The notes beneath the pieces are model-generated. The model worked only from the letters and a program-made list of their open reading frames with translations, did no database searches and had not been told where the DNA came from. The position numbers were made by a program, and so were the translations under genes. Shown piece by piece: positions 36,331 to 52,555 of a stretch of 64,000 nucleotides of DNA. Positions within the stretch are counted from its first letter, which is position 1. Every line of letters starts with the position of its first letter. The stretch is from Lama guanicoe (taxonomy: Eukaryota): assembly GCA_013239625.1 (NCBI GenBank), contig MU055600.1:19433744-19497743 (forward strand), given 5' to 3'.

Positions 36331-38589
36331 GCAAAAGGGAGGCAGATAAACTTTACCAGAGGCAAATCTGAGGCCATCATCTGGAGTGCCCTTGGAGGAA
36401 GCGGTTCCACTTGTCTGACTCAGTCCTAAGAAGACGCTTAAGAAACTCAGCGAATTTCGCTATGAGAATATTCTTCCCTCATCGTTTGTAAAAGCCAAAC
36501 TTGGGAACAGTCTAACTTTCCACCGGTGGGTTAAACAGCTAGTAATCTATGCAGCCATGAAAAGTCATATTGGGTAAAAAATTAGGGTAATATATCAAAA
36601 TCTTCATTATATTGTTCAGAAAAGAAAGTTACAATACAACAATGTAATAATGAAATTCCATTTGGGGGAAGATGCATGTATCTGTGTGCATTACATTAAA
36701 AAGTCTGCAAAGATATACACCCCCAAATTAGCATGGATGGATGGGATTAGGGGTGATTTTGAAAGTACTTGTACCTTTCTGTATTTTCTAAATGAGATAC
36801 GCTGACTATGTATTGGTTTTATGATTCATATTTTTAGCAGAAAAAGCTCAGTGTTCACTCACCCACCCCAAGAAGAGCAGTGTAAAGAGTTGGATCAAGG
36901 AAGTAGGAAAGAGGATCATTGGAGCATTTCCTTCCCCCACCCCAGGACGGCTGCAGGACTTGTGGTCACCAAGAACTGCTCCTTCTGCAGAACATGACAG
37001 TGATGATACATTTTCCAAAGTGTTGATTATAACACAGTTTGCAGCATGACTCAATTGGTGGATCACACATTTGGCCATAGGTCAGGAGCTTTGGAAGAAA
37101 AATTGCCACTGGATACCTACTCAGGTTATAACGGATAAAGTCACTGACTAATGTGCCAGATTTTCATTCCAGAAAGTTGACAAACATGCAGTCAGTAATG
37201 TGGTCCCCTTCTTGGACTAGCTCCATGCAAACTGACTGGAGCACACAGTGCGACCTCTGAAATCCATGGAAGAAGTAGGGAATTTATTATCTACACCAAC
37301 CCTGTCTGCAGCTCCAGGCTGCACAGGAAGCACGTGAAGCCATCACGCTGATGGATTCAGTTGTGATCAGGAGCGGTGGTGACAAAGTAGGCTGTCAGGA
37401 GGGAGCAAGTCCCCCAGATTCTCTCCTGCAAGGAGGCAACACTGAAAACTACGTTAGGCCTTTTCCTTTCAAAACTTGGCAAAGTGAAATTTGCTGAGAA
37501 GTAAGCAGTGCAGTCTGCTTTTAATTCCATTTCTCAAGAAAACCCAGCTAACTTTCATCATGACTTACTGTCTTGTATCTTTCTGGAAATTAACTTTTTA
37601 ATATAACCTTAACGAAAGATAATCGTGTGTGAAAATCAAATCCAATTGTTAGAATATTTTTCTAGTGAAGTCCTATCCACTTTTTATTATAAAAGTTATT
37701 CTCTATTGTTCTGAACAGTACCTAGTGCCAAAAACTAAGAGAAACCTGCATTATATTCTCACCATCAGGACCGACTTGTTTAAAGAAATCTGTTTGCAAT
37801 AAGTTGCAATGAACTTTAATGACCCTCTAAAGAAAGATTTAGATGACCCTTTAAGGGAAGATTGAGAAATGAACTACTAGAAGTAGTCATTCATTAACAG
37901 AAAGAAAAACATAAACATGAATGAGGATGGGGGGCAATGAATTGCCTGCCCTTTCTGGGAGGCAGGGAAGTAACATCCACACTACAGGCACCTGCAGGCT
38001 CTGCTGCCAAGGCCAGCGGCCTGAAGAGCTGACCGCTGGGGGTGTTCCCTGCCCCAGCCCGGGCCCTATGAGCTCAGCCTGCCATATGACGAAGGGCTCC
38101 CGCCAGAGGAGGAGATAAATGTGATCAGCTTCATTCCACCCTGTCCTTCAAATCCCAGCACCCAGCGTCCCCGCCACCACCGCCACAAACTGTGTGGTTT
38201 GAGGCCATCACCTGATCTTTCCCAACAGTTTCTCATCTGTAAATGCAAAGAATAGTCTTCATATTGTGCAGTTGCTGGAAGATTTATTATTATTCAACAA
38301 GTATTTATTGAATGCCAGGCACTGTTCTAGTCACTGACTAGGACAGACAAGGCCCTTGTTTTCATAGGATTCATATTCTAATAGGATGAGGTCACCATAA
38401 GCCAATGAGAAAGTCGGGTATTAATAAGTTCTAGACAGAAAGTAAAAGGGGGAGAGGTGACCGAGACCCGCAGGCTCACGACATTACATGGGTTGGTCAG
38501 GAAAGCCTGTGTGCAAAGACGATATTTGAGCAGGATTTCAGTGAAGGGCAGAAGGCAACCAGGTGTGCAGAGATCCAGGGGAAAAACCG

Positions 38590-40260
38590 AGTAAAGGGTC
38601 CAGAGGGCTTCTCTGTACTATTTTTGCAGCTTCCTGTGAATCTATAACTATTTCAAAATAAAAAGCTTTTTGAAAACCAATTAACTACTGATACACACCA
38701 CAGCCTAGATGAGTGTCAGAATGATTATGCTGAGTGAAAAAAAAAACAGATCAAAAAGAGTACCTACTGTATGATTTTATTTATATAAAATTTTGTAAAG
38801 TGTAAACTGATCCATAGCAGCAGAAAGTGTATCATCAATTGCTGGAAGGAAGAGGGGACGTTTGGGCAGGAAGCGGTGGGAGGGAGGGATTACAAAGGGA
38901 CATGGGGAATCTTCTGGTGTGATGGATACACTTATTATCTAGATTGTAGTGATGGTTTCAGGGTGTATACATATGGTAAACTTATTAAACTGCATACTCT
39001 ATTGTATTGAAGTTTATTGTATGTTAATTTTATCTTAATAAAGGCACTAAAAAATTAAGTTAAAAAATAAAAATAATAAAAATTTTAAAAGTAAAATTAA
39101 AAATTAAAAAAAGACAAAAAAATTAAGTGCCTAGAAATAAAAGCATGCTAAAGATATATAAAGCTTCTACATATAAAACTCTAATATGTTACTGTAAGAC
39201 ATTTAGATAGATCTAAATAAATAAATGGGCTTATCGTGGTCTTAAATGGGACAACTCCATATTGAAAAGATGGCAGTCCTCCTCAAACTGGAACTAATCA
39301 ACATCTAAACTGTTTCTTTCTTAGAAAAGTCAATTTGAAAATGGATATGGAGATGAAAAAAGGCTACGGATAGCCGTGACGCTCTTGAGAAATGAGGTAA
39401 AAGGTTTTATTTTATCAAAACAGTGAGGTGCTGCTATGAGGGTAAACCAAGAGACCAGCAGGACAGAATAAAGAGCCCGCATCTGATCTCCACACATACA
39501 TAGGCATGATATTGGACACAGGTGGGAGTGCAGAGTCATTGGGAAATGACCGATAAAAGGCACTGGGTCTGTTGGGTTTCCATAAAAATTCTTCCCACAA
39601 GACACAAAAATCAGCTCCAAGGTGACTTAAACCCAGAAACATGAAACGTAAACCACACAGCTCGGAGAAGACAGTAAAGAAGACCCTCTTCATGACCCCA
39701 AGGAGGGGAAGATTTTTTTAAACAAGTAACAAAAAGCAGCAATGATAAAGGGAAAGGCAGCAATAAAAGGGAACAAATTATTAAAACTACATTAAAATGA
39801 ATTTACTCACTAAAGGTATTATAAAGAGAATGAAAAGACAAGTGACAGAGGTGGAGAACAAGATATTTACAACTAACTAAACTAACTAATAAAAATCTTG
39901 TCAAAACCACAATGAGGCACCACTACACACCCTGCAGAGTGGCAACATTTTAAGAATCGGTTGGTGTGTATGTGCAGCAACAAAAACCTCTCACATGCTG
40001 CCAGTGGGAGGGTAACCTGATGTACCACTTGGAAAGACGTCTGATATTACCAAGTAAAGATGAGGAGGACAAGGGTGCCACATGGCTTAGAAATTTCACT
40101 TAGTTTATACCCTAAAGAAATTTCTACACATGTGTATCAGTAGTGAGTAATATTATACAGAATATGACAACACTGGGGAAATTCCAAAGTTCTAAACACA
40201 GTAAAATGGATACATAAATTTTAGTATTTTCATTCAGTGGAATATTAGATGGATGCCAAG
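38590..40260 (+). mobile_element. Old L1 fragments
   Basis: ATTATGCTGAGTGAAAAAA...TACTGTATGATT; AAAACCACAATGAGGCACCACTACACACC; highly decayed. Confidence 0.65.
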
Positions 40261-40585
40261 CAGCTAAAAATTAGAAAAGGTCACTGCACAGTGATCAGGG
40301 CAGAGATGGCTGTCCTCCTGGCAGTGAGAGAGTGAGAGCCCAGGAGGGCTGAGGAGAAAATAAAATAGAGTCTCAGGAACCAGTCAGAGCAATGGCAGGG
40401 AGTGTTCTGGCATGTGTCAATGTGTAGCAGACACTGTGCCAGGCTCTTTTTTAGGATAACTCTACCTCCCAACCATTGGACAAAGTAGGAATTATTTTGC
40501 AGGTAAGGAAATTGATGACTTGCCTGAGGTCACACAGATAGCAAATGACAGAACTGTTGTTTTAAAACCAGCCACGGGGCAGCAG

Positions 40586-40676
40586 GAGGGGGAGGTAACG
40601 GTTCCATGGTAGGGCGCTTGCTTAGCATATATGAGGTCCTGGGTTCAAGCCCCAGTACCTACAGTTTAAAAAGACA
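40586..40676 (+). mobile_element. Camelid tRNA-derived SINE
   Basis: GCTTAGCATATATGAGGTCCTGGGTTCAAGCCCCAGTACC; AAAACCAG on both flanks. Confidence 0.85.
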
Positions 40677-40977
40677 AAACCAGGCATCAAATCCCACATT
40701 CCCTCCATTTAAGTAGAAACTGTTGACTTCCTTGAAACAACCACTCACCACCTCTCCTTTCTGTCCAACCCTGATTTTGTCATGACCTGCCACCCGCTCC
40801 GTGCTGTCGCCTTAGGGATGGCAGAGCAAAAGAGAGTAAGCCTGGGCCCCTGCCCACTGGAGCGCAGCGCAGTTCTGCCACACCAGCTGGACGTTTTTGC
40901 TTCCTTTCATTTATTTTTTCCTTTCTTTTAGTTTGGAAAACAACTCTTAGATTAAGTGGTCCTAGAACTGTTCAGGT

Positions 40978-41078
40978 TTGGGGGGGGGTTGTTTGTAGTG
41001 TTAATGGATGTCCTGGGGACTGAATTCAGAACCTCATGCATGCTAAGCATGTGCTCGCCACGGAACTAGACCCCCGCC
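40978..41078 (-). mobile_element. Camelid tRNA-derived SINE
   Basis: CTGGGGACTGAATTCAGAACCTCATGCATGCTAAGCATGTGCTC; CAGGTT on both flanks. Confidence 0.8.
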
Positions 41079-41603
41079 CAGGTTCTTGAATCAAGAAGGA
41101 AGTGCAGTTAGAAGACACACTTTCCATTTCCTTCTAAACATACATTGCAAGGATTACAGAACCTAGCTCAGTCGACTGTAACATATGCTGCGTGACCTAC
41201 AACAGGGCTGGTTGACACAGTCTGCAGAGGATCGCCAAGCAGGAGGGCCTGGCAGTGCCAACGGGCTGCACAGGCAGTGTCCCCGGGGGAGCCCGTGGGG
41301 CCGGCCCCGCATCAGCCCGCCCCCTACTCATTTGCCCTAGGAAGCCCCTAGGCCCCCGCCAGACCGAAGCTCAGGCAGCCCTGCGCCCCCCGCCTCCCCA
41401 GGCTCAGCGCCTCCTCAGACTCCACAGCAGCCCATCCCAAGGTGGAAACCCAGGGCCACCGCACTGTTTCATCCCCACGAACCAAGACCTGTGGGAAGTT
41501 CTGTCAGTCTCACTGCTGTCTGCTGGCACTCTCATCACCTGGCTCCTGTGCCTTCAACCCCCGGCCCCTCCGCATGCAGCAGCCCCTCCCCAGCCCCGCG
41601 GGG

Positions 41604-41617
41604 CCTGCAGATGGCAG
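41604..41617 (+). promoter_or_regulatory. Candidate CTCF site
   Basis: CCTGCAGATGGCAG. Confidence 0.4.
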
Positions 41618-44099
41618 GTTAGGAAGGACGTCTAGTTGCCCAGAGCTGTGGCTACAGACACAAGGCCTTCTCTTTTTGGGTCCCAGGACCCTTTATTCCT
41701 TCTCTTTTGTCTCCTTAGAGTTTTCTATAACCTTCAAAGCTGTGCTCTGACTCTGGCCTTTGGGTGTGACCTGTGGTGGGTGGTGTCCCTGCATCAGCAA
41801 AGACCTTGACACAGTGCAGACTTCAGAGAGCAGCTTGGATAAAACCCCAGAGGCTTGGAAAAGTGGGTTAGCCCAGCTTCCACAAGGACCATTGGTCCCA
41901 CTTTAGTTTCTGTTCCAGTGTGGGAACACACTTGCTCCTTAAAACCCTGCAGATCACGTGGGTTGTGCTGACTGGCATTTCTGTCACAGCCAAAGCCTTC
42001 GGCTAATTTGGGGACTGACAGGACTGTGCTCACTCCTTATATAAACATGGGCCTTCCAGGTCAGGGCCTTGGGTGGGACACCTGCAGCCTTCGTTTGCCT
42101 CTGAATTTTCTGGAATGGAATTGCCTGTTTCTCTCATCTCAAGGTCCTTGGAGAGAGACTGAATAACAAAGGCCATGTCTGGAAGCAATTTGGGTTGGGG
42201 GAAGGGTGTCTTGAGGCCCATCCAGCCCTTTTCTTCTTTTCCAGACAAGGCAGTGGAGCCGCAGCTGCCTGACTCAGGGCTGTTCTGTATAATTGCCCCC
42301 AGAAATCCAACTTCTAGAAAAACAATTGGCTTGCAAAGCATTCTAGGCTCATTAGAAGCATAGATGATCAAAATCTGAAATGACTATTTTTCACTAAGGA
42401 AATCTTTCAAGAAGGAATGTAGTAGCAAGAGAGCCGAATGCCTGCCCCCGAGGCCCCAGTAAGGGTGAGAAGAAATGGAGGCCCCTGCGGTTGTGCAGGT
42501 GACAGGAAGCCACATCAGTTTCCACCAGGACCAGCCACTGTCACTCATATTCAATTCCTGCAGCTCCTGCCTCTTAATTCTCAGTTGGGGTTGAGGCTGG
42601 CCCCAGGCACCTTGTCCAGCCTCGCCACCACCCACAACGCAAACCCACGCTGTGCGACCGGCAAACAGGAGCCCCAGAGCCCCTCCTTAATGACCAGATG
42701 GGGCGCGCTCGCTGCCGCCCCCCGCAGCACACCAGCACCCTGATTGGACTTTTACATGCGAAATGAACTTCTGCTTTGTTCAAGCTTCTGTTGTTTTGTC
42801 TCTGCAGGTAAATGCAAAGTTCTAGTTTTGTGTATTTGAAAGTGGCTAAGAGAATATATCTTAAAAGCCCTCATCACAAGAAAAAAAATTAATAGTTGAT
42901 GGAGTTGCACTAAACTTCCTGTGGTAATCATCACACAAAATAGGTATGTATAGAAAATCATCATGTAGTACACCTTAAACTTGTCCAGTGTTATATGTCA
43001 ATTATATCTCAATAAAACCGGAGGGGAAAAAAGCTCTGGCAAGCCTAGAGAGAAGCAGAAGAACTCAGTACAGAGTGCTGGCGGTGCGGCAGGTCTCTGG
43101 GGAGCCAGAAGGGGAAGGCCCCAAGTGGCTTTCTTGCTACATCTCTTTGGTGTGGAGTACTTCCCTGCTCCTCTAAGCCTGCCTGCTCCATGGTCTTCCC
43201 ACAATTCAGCTTCCTCTGCTCTCCCCAAAACTTCACCTTGGAAATAAATTTCGCTGACCCTAATGTGAACCTGTAGGTCCACAACCAAAACCAACTAGCG
43301 ACAGATTCTTGGTTCAAATTCTCACTAGAGAGAAATGGTCTCTGGCCAGCCAGTGGAGTCATTACTTTTGAATTAAGGGCTGGTTCAGTCACTTCTGGGG
43401 TGGTAGAAAAACCTGCCCTCTGGGGCCATAAGAGGCAGCAGTTTCTCTGAGAACTCATTGACATGTCTCCCTAAGGGGAGAGAGGGGACAGGCAACTCCA
43501 GTGAAGACAGCTTCACACAGATCTCACTAGCTCCTTGGCTTCTTTCTTTTCAGCAGTAGCCCAAACTTCTTCCTCTGTGAACCTCCCCTTTGAAAGGGAT
43601 GCTGTGGTCAGGTGCGTTGCATGGGGTGAGCCAAGGAGGAGGGTATTTGACCAGGGTGGGGGAGTGCTCGTGATATGGGGCTAGGGGAAATGCAGCCCAA
43701 TGCCCAAGATCAAAGCTAGGGAAAGAGAGATTCACTGCCAAGTCCAAAGGTCAGAGGCAGAATGGAAAATCGGACACAGAGCCAAGGTCAGAAGCCAGCA
43801 GAACTGGAAAAGTGGAGACAGGCCAGGGAACAAGACCAGGTCGGGATGACGGCTGCTGAGAGTGAGCTGGCAGCAAGCCTAGCTTCAGTGGCTCTCAGCC
43901 GAGGCTCACATGCAGAAGAGTCCCAGTGAAGACAGGGCCTGCCGGGTTTAAGTCATATCACCAAGGGGGAAAAGGAGAAACCATGGTTTCCTTAATCAGG
44001 TCCCAGACTTCCCTATGTTGTACACGAGATTGTGGACATTTGTGTATTTTCTGAGATTGTTAAAGGGAACAGCGCCCCCAAAGGGTTAGTTTACGGTTT

Positions 44100-45300
<1,201 letters not shown>

Positions 45301-46236
45301 TAATAGTCTCTTGCAAATCCCACTCAGCCTGACTCAGTTCGAGCCTCCTTCGTTCCAGTCACTGCTCCTTTGGCCGCTGCTCTCTTGCAGTCAGAGATGC
45401 TTGGTCTTACTGTTTTTGCAACACTCTTCTTCCTCTTGCTTCTGAACTACTTGAAGGAGTGGTCGCTGCCTTTAGCTACCGAGTTTCTTTACACCTTGTT
45501 TCCTCTTCCGTAACGCCGTAGTCTGGAGACCACCATTCTGCTGAAACTTCTCAAAGCTCACCGGAGACTTGTTGATTTTCATATTCAGCTGCCTTTTTAA
45601 ATCTTCACTGTCAGCTCTCTGCAGCCTTCCACGCGTTAAGCACTTCCTTATCCTTAACACTCTTCTCTTCCCTTGACCTCAGTGACATTGCATATTTCGG
45701 AGTCTACCAAATCACAGAGCCTCCTTTCTTTGTCTTCCTCTCCAGCGTGTCATTATTCCCTTTACACTAACTTTAGTCCCTGTCAGTTCTACTTGAATGT
45801 CTTGCCGTCACCTCAAAAGCACTATACAAAAGCAGGCCTTTTATTCTGCAAGTATTCTACTAGTTCCTGTGAGTATTGGGACAGGATGAGCAAGGTAGAG
45901 CAAAGATCCTGAAGATTAAATGAAATAGTCCATGTTATTTAGCATGGTGTCTGCTTTCAAGAGCAGACACCAGATGTTAGCTAGTATTTGTTAAATCGAT
46001 TAGGACGTTTATTGTTTCTTCAGGTGTATCTTCTTTAATCTCCTCGTTTAAGTTCAAGCCCTTTCACCTGCATCCTTATCAGCTTCATAATTGTTCTCCC
46101 TGGCTTTGTGCGCATTCATTCAACAAATACTCATCAACTACGTGGTATGTGTCAGGTCTGTGCTAGGTTCTGAGGATACAGGGATGGATGAAGCAAGGTC
46201 CCAGACTCATTTGTTGGAAACAAATATATTCATTAT

Positions 46237-47180
46237 TGTATTAGCCTGCTTGGCTATCATAACAGAATACCACAGACTGGGTGAGTACATTTATTTTCTC
46301 GCAATTCTAGAGGCTGATAGTTCAAGATCAAGTCCTCTCTTCTGGGCTTGCAGATGGCTGCCTTCTTGCTGCGTACTCCTGTGGCCTTTCCTCTGTTCAT
46401 GTGCACTTCTGGTTTCACTTCTACTTCTTAAACCGACACTCATTAGATAATGGCCTCATTTGACCTTAATCACCTCCCCCAAATGCAGTGACCTTTGTGA
46501 TTAGGACTTCAGCATATGAATTGGGAGAGAGGAGGACCCAGGGCTGGCCATAATATGTATGAAAAGTGCTCTGCTAAACTATGGGTTGGAACAAGGTAGC
46601 CTGTGTCCCAAAGAAGAATTGCTGATTCTTCCCAGGATGGGGTTCAGGAAACGCTCCATCTGAGGAGGTGACATTCCATTTATTACTGCTCCATCGCAAA
46701 TCGCTCCAAAACTTAGTAGCTTAAAACAATGGTCACTTTATTCTCATGATTCTGAGGTTCTTTTGGGCTTGGCTAGGCAGTTCTCACTTGGGGTTTTGTG
46801 CGATTTCAGGCAGAGGATGGCTGGGACTGGAGTCATCTAAAGGGTTGATTGTGGTTGTCAGCTTACAGCCTCAGCTGTGGTTTCACTTGAACGCCTACAC
46901 ATGGTTTCTCTATGTAGCTATTTAGCTTTCTCTCAGCAGGGTGACTGGGTTCGGAGAGGGAATGCCCCACGAGGGCCAGGCAGAAGGATTAATTAATGCC
47001 TTTTATGACCTAACCTTAGAAGCACACAGTGTCCTTTCTACCATAGTCTCAGGTCCAAATGGTTTTAAGGGAAGGGGACACAGAACACACCTGGATGGGA
47101 AGAATGTCGGCCCCACATTGTAAAAAGACCACGTGGGAAGGGGCATCTTGTGGCCATCTTGGAAAATATATTCTGCAGTA
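46237..47180 (-). mobile_element. Two MaLR MLT1 LTRs in ADPGK intron 1
   Basis: TGTATTAG...ATAACAGAATACCACAGACTGG (46237-~46550) and AAAACTTAGTAGCTTAAAACAAT...TTGTGGCCATCTTGGAAAAT (~46680-47180). Confidence 0.7.
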
Positions 47181-50100
47181 GTGACTTGCATGGGACAGAC
47201 CCTGGAGGAAAAATAGAATTTCTCCACAAGAAGGTGAGGGAATAAGCCCACCTAGACAGAGAGAACCAAATATGAAAAAGTATGTGGCTTGGGTGGGAAT
47301 AGCAGGTTGGCCCTGTGTTTAGGGCAAGGACCTTATGGTAGAGTGGAGTCAGGAGAGGATGCTGAAAGGAGCCTTTTATATCAGGGTAGGTGATGGGAAG
47401 GCCATAAAGGTTTATAAGGTAAATGATGCTAAGTTCTTTGCAGAGAAAAACTGGTGGGGATACGAAATTTGAGTAGTGTTTCTGACCTATTTGCCTCATG
47501 TCTAAGGCTTGGCATTATTTTTGTGGGTAAGAGACACCCATTCTTACCAGCATTTCTCATTACCCAAAGGGATCTTCAGCCTGAAGATGGGAATGTGCAA
47601 GGAGTAGGTGGGTCTGGCGCTCGTACCAGAATCTCATGGGGGTGGGTTGTAGTTTGACCTTTCAGGAGAACACACACATGCACACACATATATTCACTCT
47701 CTCTTTCACACACTCAAAACACACAATCTAATGTGATTCAGAAAGAGGAAGGTCTTGAGACCCCGACAGTAATTAGGAGCCCGTCGAGCTTGTTTGGCAA
47801 TGGTGCTAAACAGGCGAGATTTGATGGCAGGCTGGGTGTGCTAGAGTAAATGGAGGCAGTCAGAAAGAACAGGTTTTTAGTATTGGGGATCTTATAACAA
47901 ACTCATATGGGCAGATACAGATCATCCAGTTTTCACAGAGAGTAAACTGGGGCTTGGAAACATTGGTTTGCTCAAGAACATCCTATCAAATGCCAGAGGT
48001 GCAGCTTAAACCCATCCTGGCTCCAAGTTCATGACACATTGTTGAGAGGTGAAGAAAAAGGAACAAGTCTGTGGTGGAAGGTGACCGTTTGGGTTTTGGG
48101 GCAGGGGAAATGTACAGTCCTGTGGGATTTTAGAGGGAGCTGAGCCACCGTCAGAGCTGCTGAAGGCAGGTGCCGACAGCGAAAGGCTGGAGCGCAGGCG
48201 CGTGCTGAGGAGCAGGGTCGCAGACCTTGGCGGTGCCAGCACTTAGGTTGAAGCCAGAGACTGGACAGCATCACCCAGGAAGAGGACAAAAAGGAAAGGT
48301 AAATGGGGGGTGCAGGGCGGGTGTCTGGGAGCACCGGCATGTGACGGCGAGAAGTAAAGGACAGGAGGGGTTTCAAGAAGATGGTCAGTGGGGAGCCCAC
48401 GGCCACACCTTTCTAAAACGTGTGCTGCCTTCCTTGCTTCAGAATCCGACACTGGTCCTCAGGCTCACTGGGTGAATGAGGGATCCCTCACCCTAGCGTT
48501 TGCTCCCCCATACATTTGAAACCTGTCTTGCTCTTCTCCCCTGCTCAGACTCTCTCTTCTCCTCAGTGTTCTTGTTGTGTCCAGACACAAGGCCCACATC
48601 TTTGCTGTGTGTGCTCCCTGTGTGGGCTTCAGTATCAGATAAGTCTGGGTTTGAATTCAGGCTTCTCCAGGTGTGGCGTTTGCAATGACAGTTAACCCCC
48701 AGCCTTTCTCAGCTGAAAGCAGTGATGACTAACTTCCCTGTCCACTTGGTGTGGTCTCCGAAAATGCCCACCATCTTTCTCTGTTCAGAGCACCACCCAG
48801 GGTGCGGCCCCGGGACTGCGGCTCCTGCCCTCTTGGGTTTTCTTCTCTCCAGTGATTACGATTAACTCTCATAATCTCTCAGGTGTAGTGCGAAAGCTGG
48901 AGAGAACCTTAGGAAACAATTTTACAGTTGATGAATCAGAAGGGAGGTGATAAGAACCACCATCCTTGCCTTTAAGGAATTTGTAACCTGGGAGGACTGA
49001 CTGTCCTCCCTCCCCACCCACCCCAACCCCACCCCACCCCACCGGTCTCTGTGAAACCCCAGGCAGCCCGGCCCACGGCTCCCTCTCGGCCACGCACGGA
49101 GCCGCGTGTTTGGGCATCGGCCTCTGGTGCCTTGTTCTGTTTTCCAGTAGCTTCACCTGTGTCTGTTTTCTCCAAGCCCGCGTTGCAATCTTTTACACGT
49201 TTCTTACTGAACTGTGACGTTCTGCCTACGTGTCACATAAGCATAATTTTTCCCTTCTGGTTCTTTTGTTCACTCCCCTCCCCCTTTATTTTCCCTGATG
49301 ATAAAACACCTTAGGTAACGGGCTTGTTTACATTTTAGTGTCTGTTGAGTTGAAGTAAGCACGGAGGAAGAGTCTCATTCTGGCTGCAGTAATGTAAAAC
49401 ATTACCAGAAAGCACATGTAACAGTTCTTTGTTTGGTATCCGGCCCATAGTAGGTGTTCAGTGGTCTTTTTTTTATTATAAGAAGCTACCAAATAAGTGT
49501 TCTCCTAAGATTGTTTATTTTCCCTTAGTATTCATGACAGGGTTAAGTGGGAGACGGAAAACGTTCCTGTGGTAGTTACATTGTTGTAACTCAAAATCAG
49601 TTCTGGGTTTTTGTCTTTTGTGCTGCAAAATATGCTGAACGTTGCTCCTTTCAGTTTTGTTTTTTAGTAACTTTGCGAACGTCACCGCCTGCAGCCTCAC
49701 CTTTAAAGAATCAAACTCTGTTTAAGGTCTCAGCAGAACTAGATATGAAGTGATGTGTTTGCTGAAGTCGTTTCCAGGTGTAGGTATATTCCTTTTGAAT
49801 ATATTCTGAGCTTTTGCTCTCCAGACCCAGGACCCAGGTCCATCTGAGCACCTTCTCTGGGTGGGGCCGCTCGGTGGGAGTAGCACTGCCCTCAGCTGCC
49901 CAAACTCACTGTGAAACTCGGGCACCTGCTGGCGTCTGAGAGCAGGGTGACCTGTATTCCTGTTAAGATCCTACCCTTCAGGCATGGAATGTTGCATCCA
50001 GTAGAGATAGAGCATGCTCTGTGTGACGTAGGATTGAGACCGGTTTACACGATGTGTTTGGTTATCATGTAAGGCTCCGAAAGGAATATGTTTTAAACAT

Positions 50101-51255
50101 ATTAATCACCTGCCACATGCATGCCAATGTGTTCTGCGTGCTGAAAGGCATACGCACTCTTAGATATGCTTTTCCAGTTGGCCAGAGTAATTATATGTGT
50201 GTTTGACTTTAAAAGATTAAGAACATTTGAGTATTTAAGTGCTGTGTGGTAGGCAAAACCCTTTACAAAAACTTGAAATCACAGGGGAGGAAGTTACAAG
50301 AGTCCTTACGGTGAGGATGCAGTCATTTTGTGTCACGAGGAGGGATGTCTCTCTTCCTTGCCCGAGTGATACAAATAATATCTAGCTGACATGGGAACCT
50401 TTAAAAAATTGAGTTCTAAAAGTAATGCATGCTTGTAAAAATTAAAATCTATGTAATGAAAAATAAAATTCCTCTTCCTTACCCCGATCTTATTCCTCAT
50501 CTTAGAGTTCACCACATTAATGATTTGTGATCAGGAGATTTTTAAAGGAGACTAGAAGGGAAACCTTGTAGCTCTTTATTTTACACTACAGTCCAGTCCA
50601 TTGAGCCTTCTTTATTAATGAGTTTACCTTCTGGTTTCAAAGCATTTGTAACTTCTCTTTCAAGGGATGACTTAGCAGAGAAACACTGAAAATGTAAGCC
50701 AGAACTTTTCCATGCACACATAGGAGAGGCCATGCTAGACAACCTTAGTGTGCACTTTATGATGTCTGTAGAGCCAACCACTGGCTTCTTACCAGCCTTT
50801 TAAAGTTCATGGAGTGTCCAGTGAACACCTGCCAAGTGATGAGTTGTCATGAGGCTTCAGGTGCACCTGAATCTATAAGGTGCTACTCAGCTCTAAGGAT
50901 TTCAACAGGGAGTATTTAGACATTTAGGTACTTAGTGTATTTTGCCGCCATCCTGATGTGTCTTTAGAGGGAAAGTGGCTTTTGACCAAAACTTTTATTC
51001 CTTACTCTGCAGCAAGCAATGTTCCTAAGCGTGTGCTAACTTATTCGATCTTCACAGTGGCCCTGTGAGTTATATACTCACATCACATCATTTTATACAT
51101 GAGGAGACTGAGACAGAGAAATTAAAGTGACTCCTGAGTCACACAGCCAGGGTGAATCCAGACATCTGGCTCTGCCACATTTTCTCAAGAGGCTGTTTGT
51201 GTTACCATGATAGCTTCGTTCTGAAGTGCTGAGCACCTGTCTTGTCTCTTTGTAG

Positions 51256-51735
<480 letters not shown>

Positions 51736-52138
51736 TGAGTTAAGCTATGGTTTCAAGACGCGACCAAGCAGTGTTTCTTTCCAGTTTGCCCAAGAGGGTG
51801 ACTGTTGGGAATTTGGTCTGTAATGTTTTCTCTTTCTGTAGAACCGTGTATCTGACCTTCCTTTAACTCTCCTATTTCTAGTCATTTCAATTCAGCCAGC
51901 AGTTATGAAGCATCTTTGCTAAAATTTTGTTCCTGGGTTATCCATTATATTGCTCTTTTAGTACGTTTCCCAAGCTTAAGATAGGAAAAATTTCTACTCC
52001 TAACTTGTTTGGGTATTGCTGTGATCTTAGCATGGCTGGGTCCTTCCTGAGCAGAACAAGGCCACATCCACGGAGAACTGGTTCTAGGCTTGGCCTGGGA
52101 GACGGGGAGCTGGGTCCTCACCTCTGCTCTGCTGGTCC

Positions 52139-52372
52139 AGAGCAAGGTTCCCTCAGCACTGCTGACGCTTGGGGCTGGATAATTCTTTGTTGTGGGGGCT
52201 GTCTTGCACATTGTAAGATGTTCAGCAGCACCTGTGGCCTCTGCCCACTAGATGACAGTCACACTCCCCCGCTTCCCCAGCCTTGACAGTTAAAAACGTC
52301 GCCTGACCTGGTCCGATGCTCCCAGAGTCGGGGAGAGAGGGATGCAGAGTCCCCTGGTTGAGAACCTCTTGT
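52139..52372. mobile_element. MER20 hAT MITE
   Basis: GGCTGGATAATTCTTTGTTGTGGGGGCTGTCTTGCACATTGTAAGATGTTCAGCAGCA...CCCACTAGATG...GGTTGAGAACC. Confidence 0.85.
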
Positions 52373-52377
52373 CTAGG

Positions 52378-52555
52378 CCGGTGGCTCTCAGACCTGAGCG
52401 TGATCAGAATCGCTTGGATGGGTACTGAAACACAGGTTCCTGGGCCGCGCTCCCAGAGTTGCTGATTCAGCACCTGGGGGGTGAACCCGGGAATTTACCC
52501 AGCAAGTTCCCTGCTGATGCTGCCTATGTTGATGCTGTTGTTCTGAGAACCACTG
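52378..52555. mobile_element. MER5A-like MITE
   Basis: GTGGCTCTCAGAC...ATCAGAATC...CCCAGAGTTGCTGATTCAG...CTGAGAACCACTG. Confidence 0.7.
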
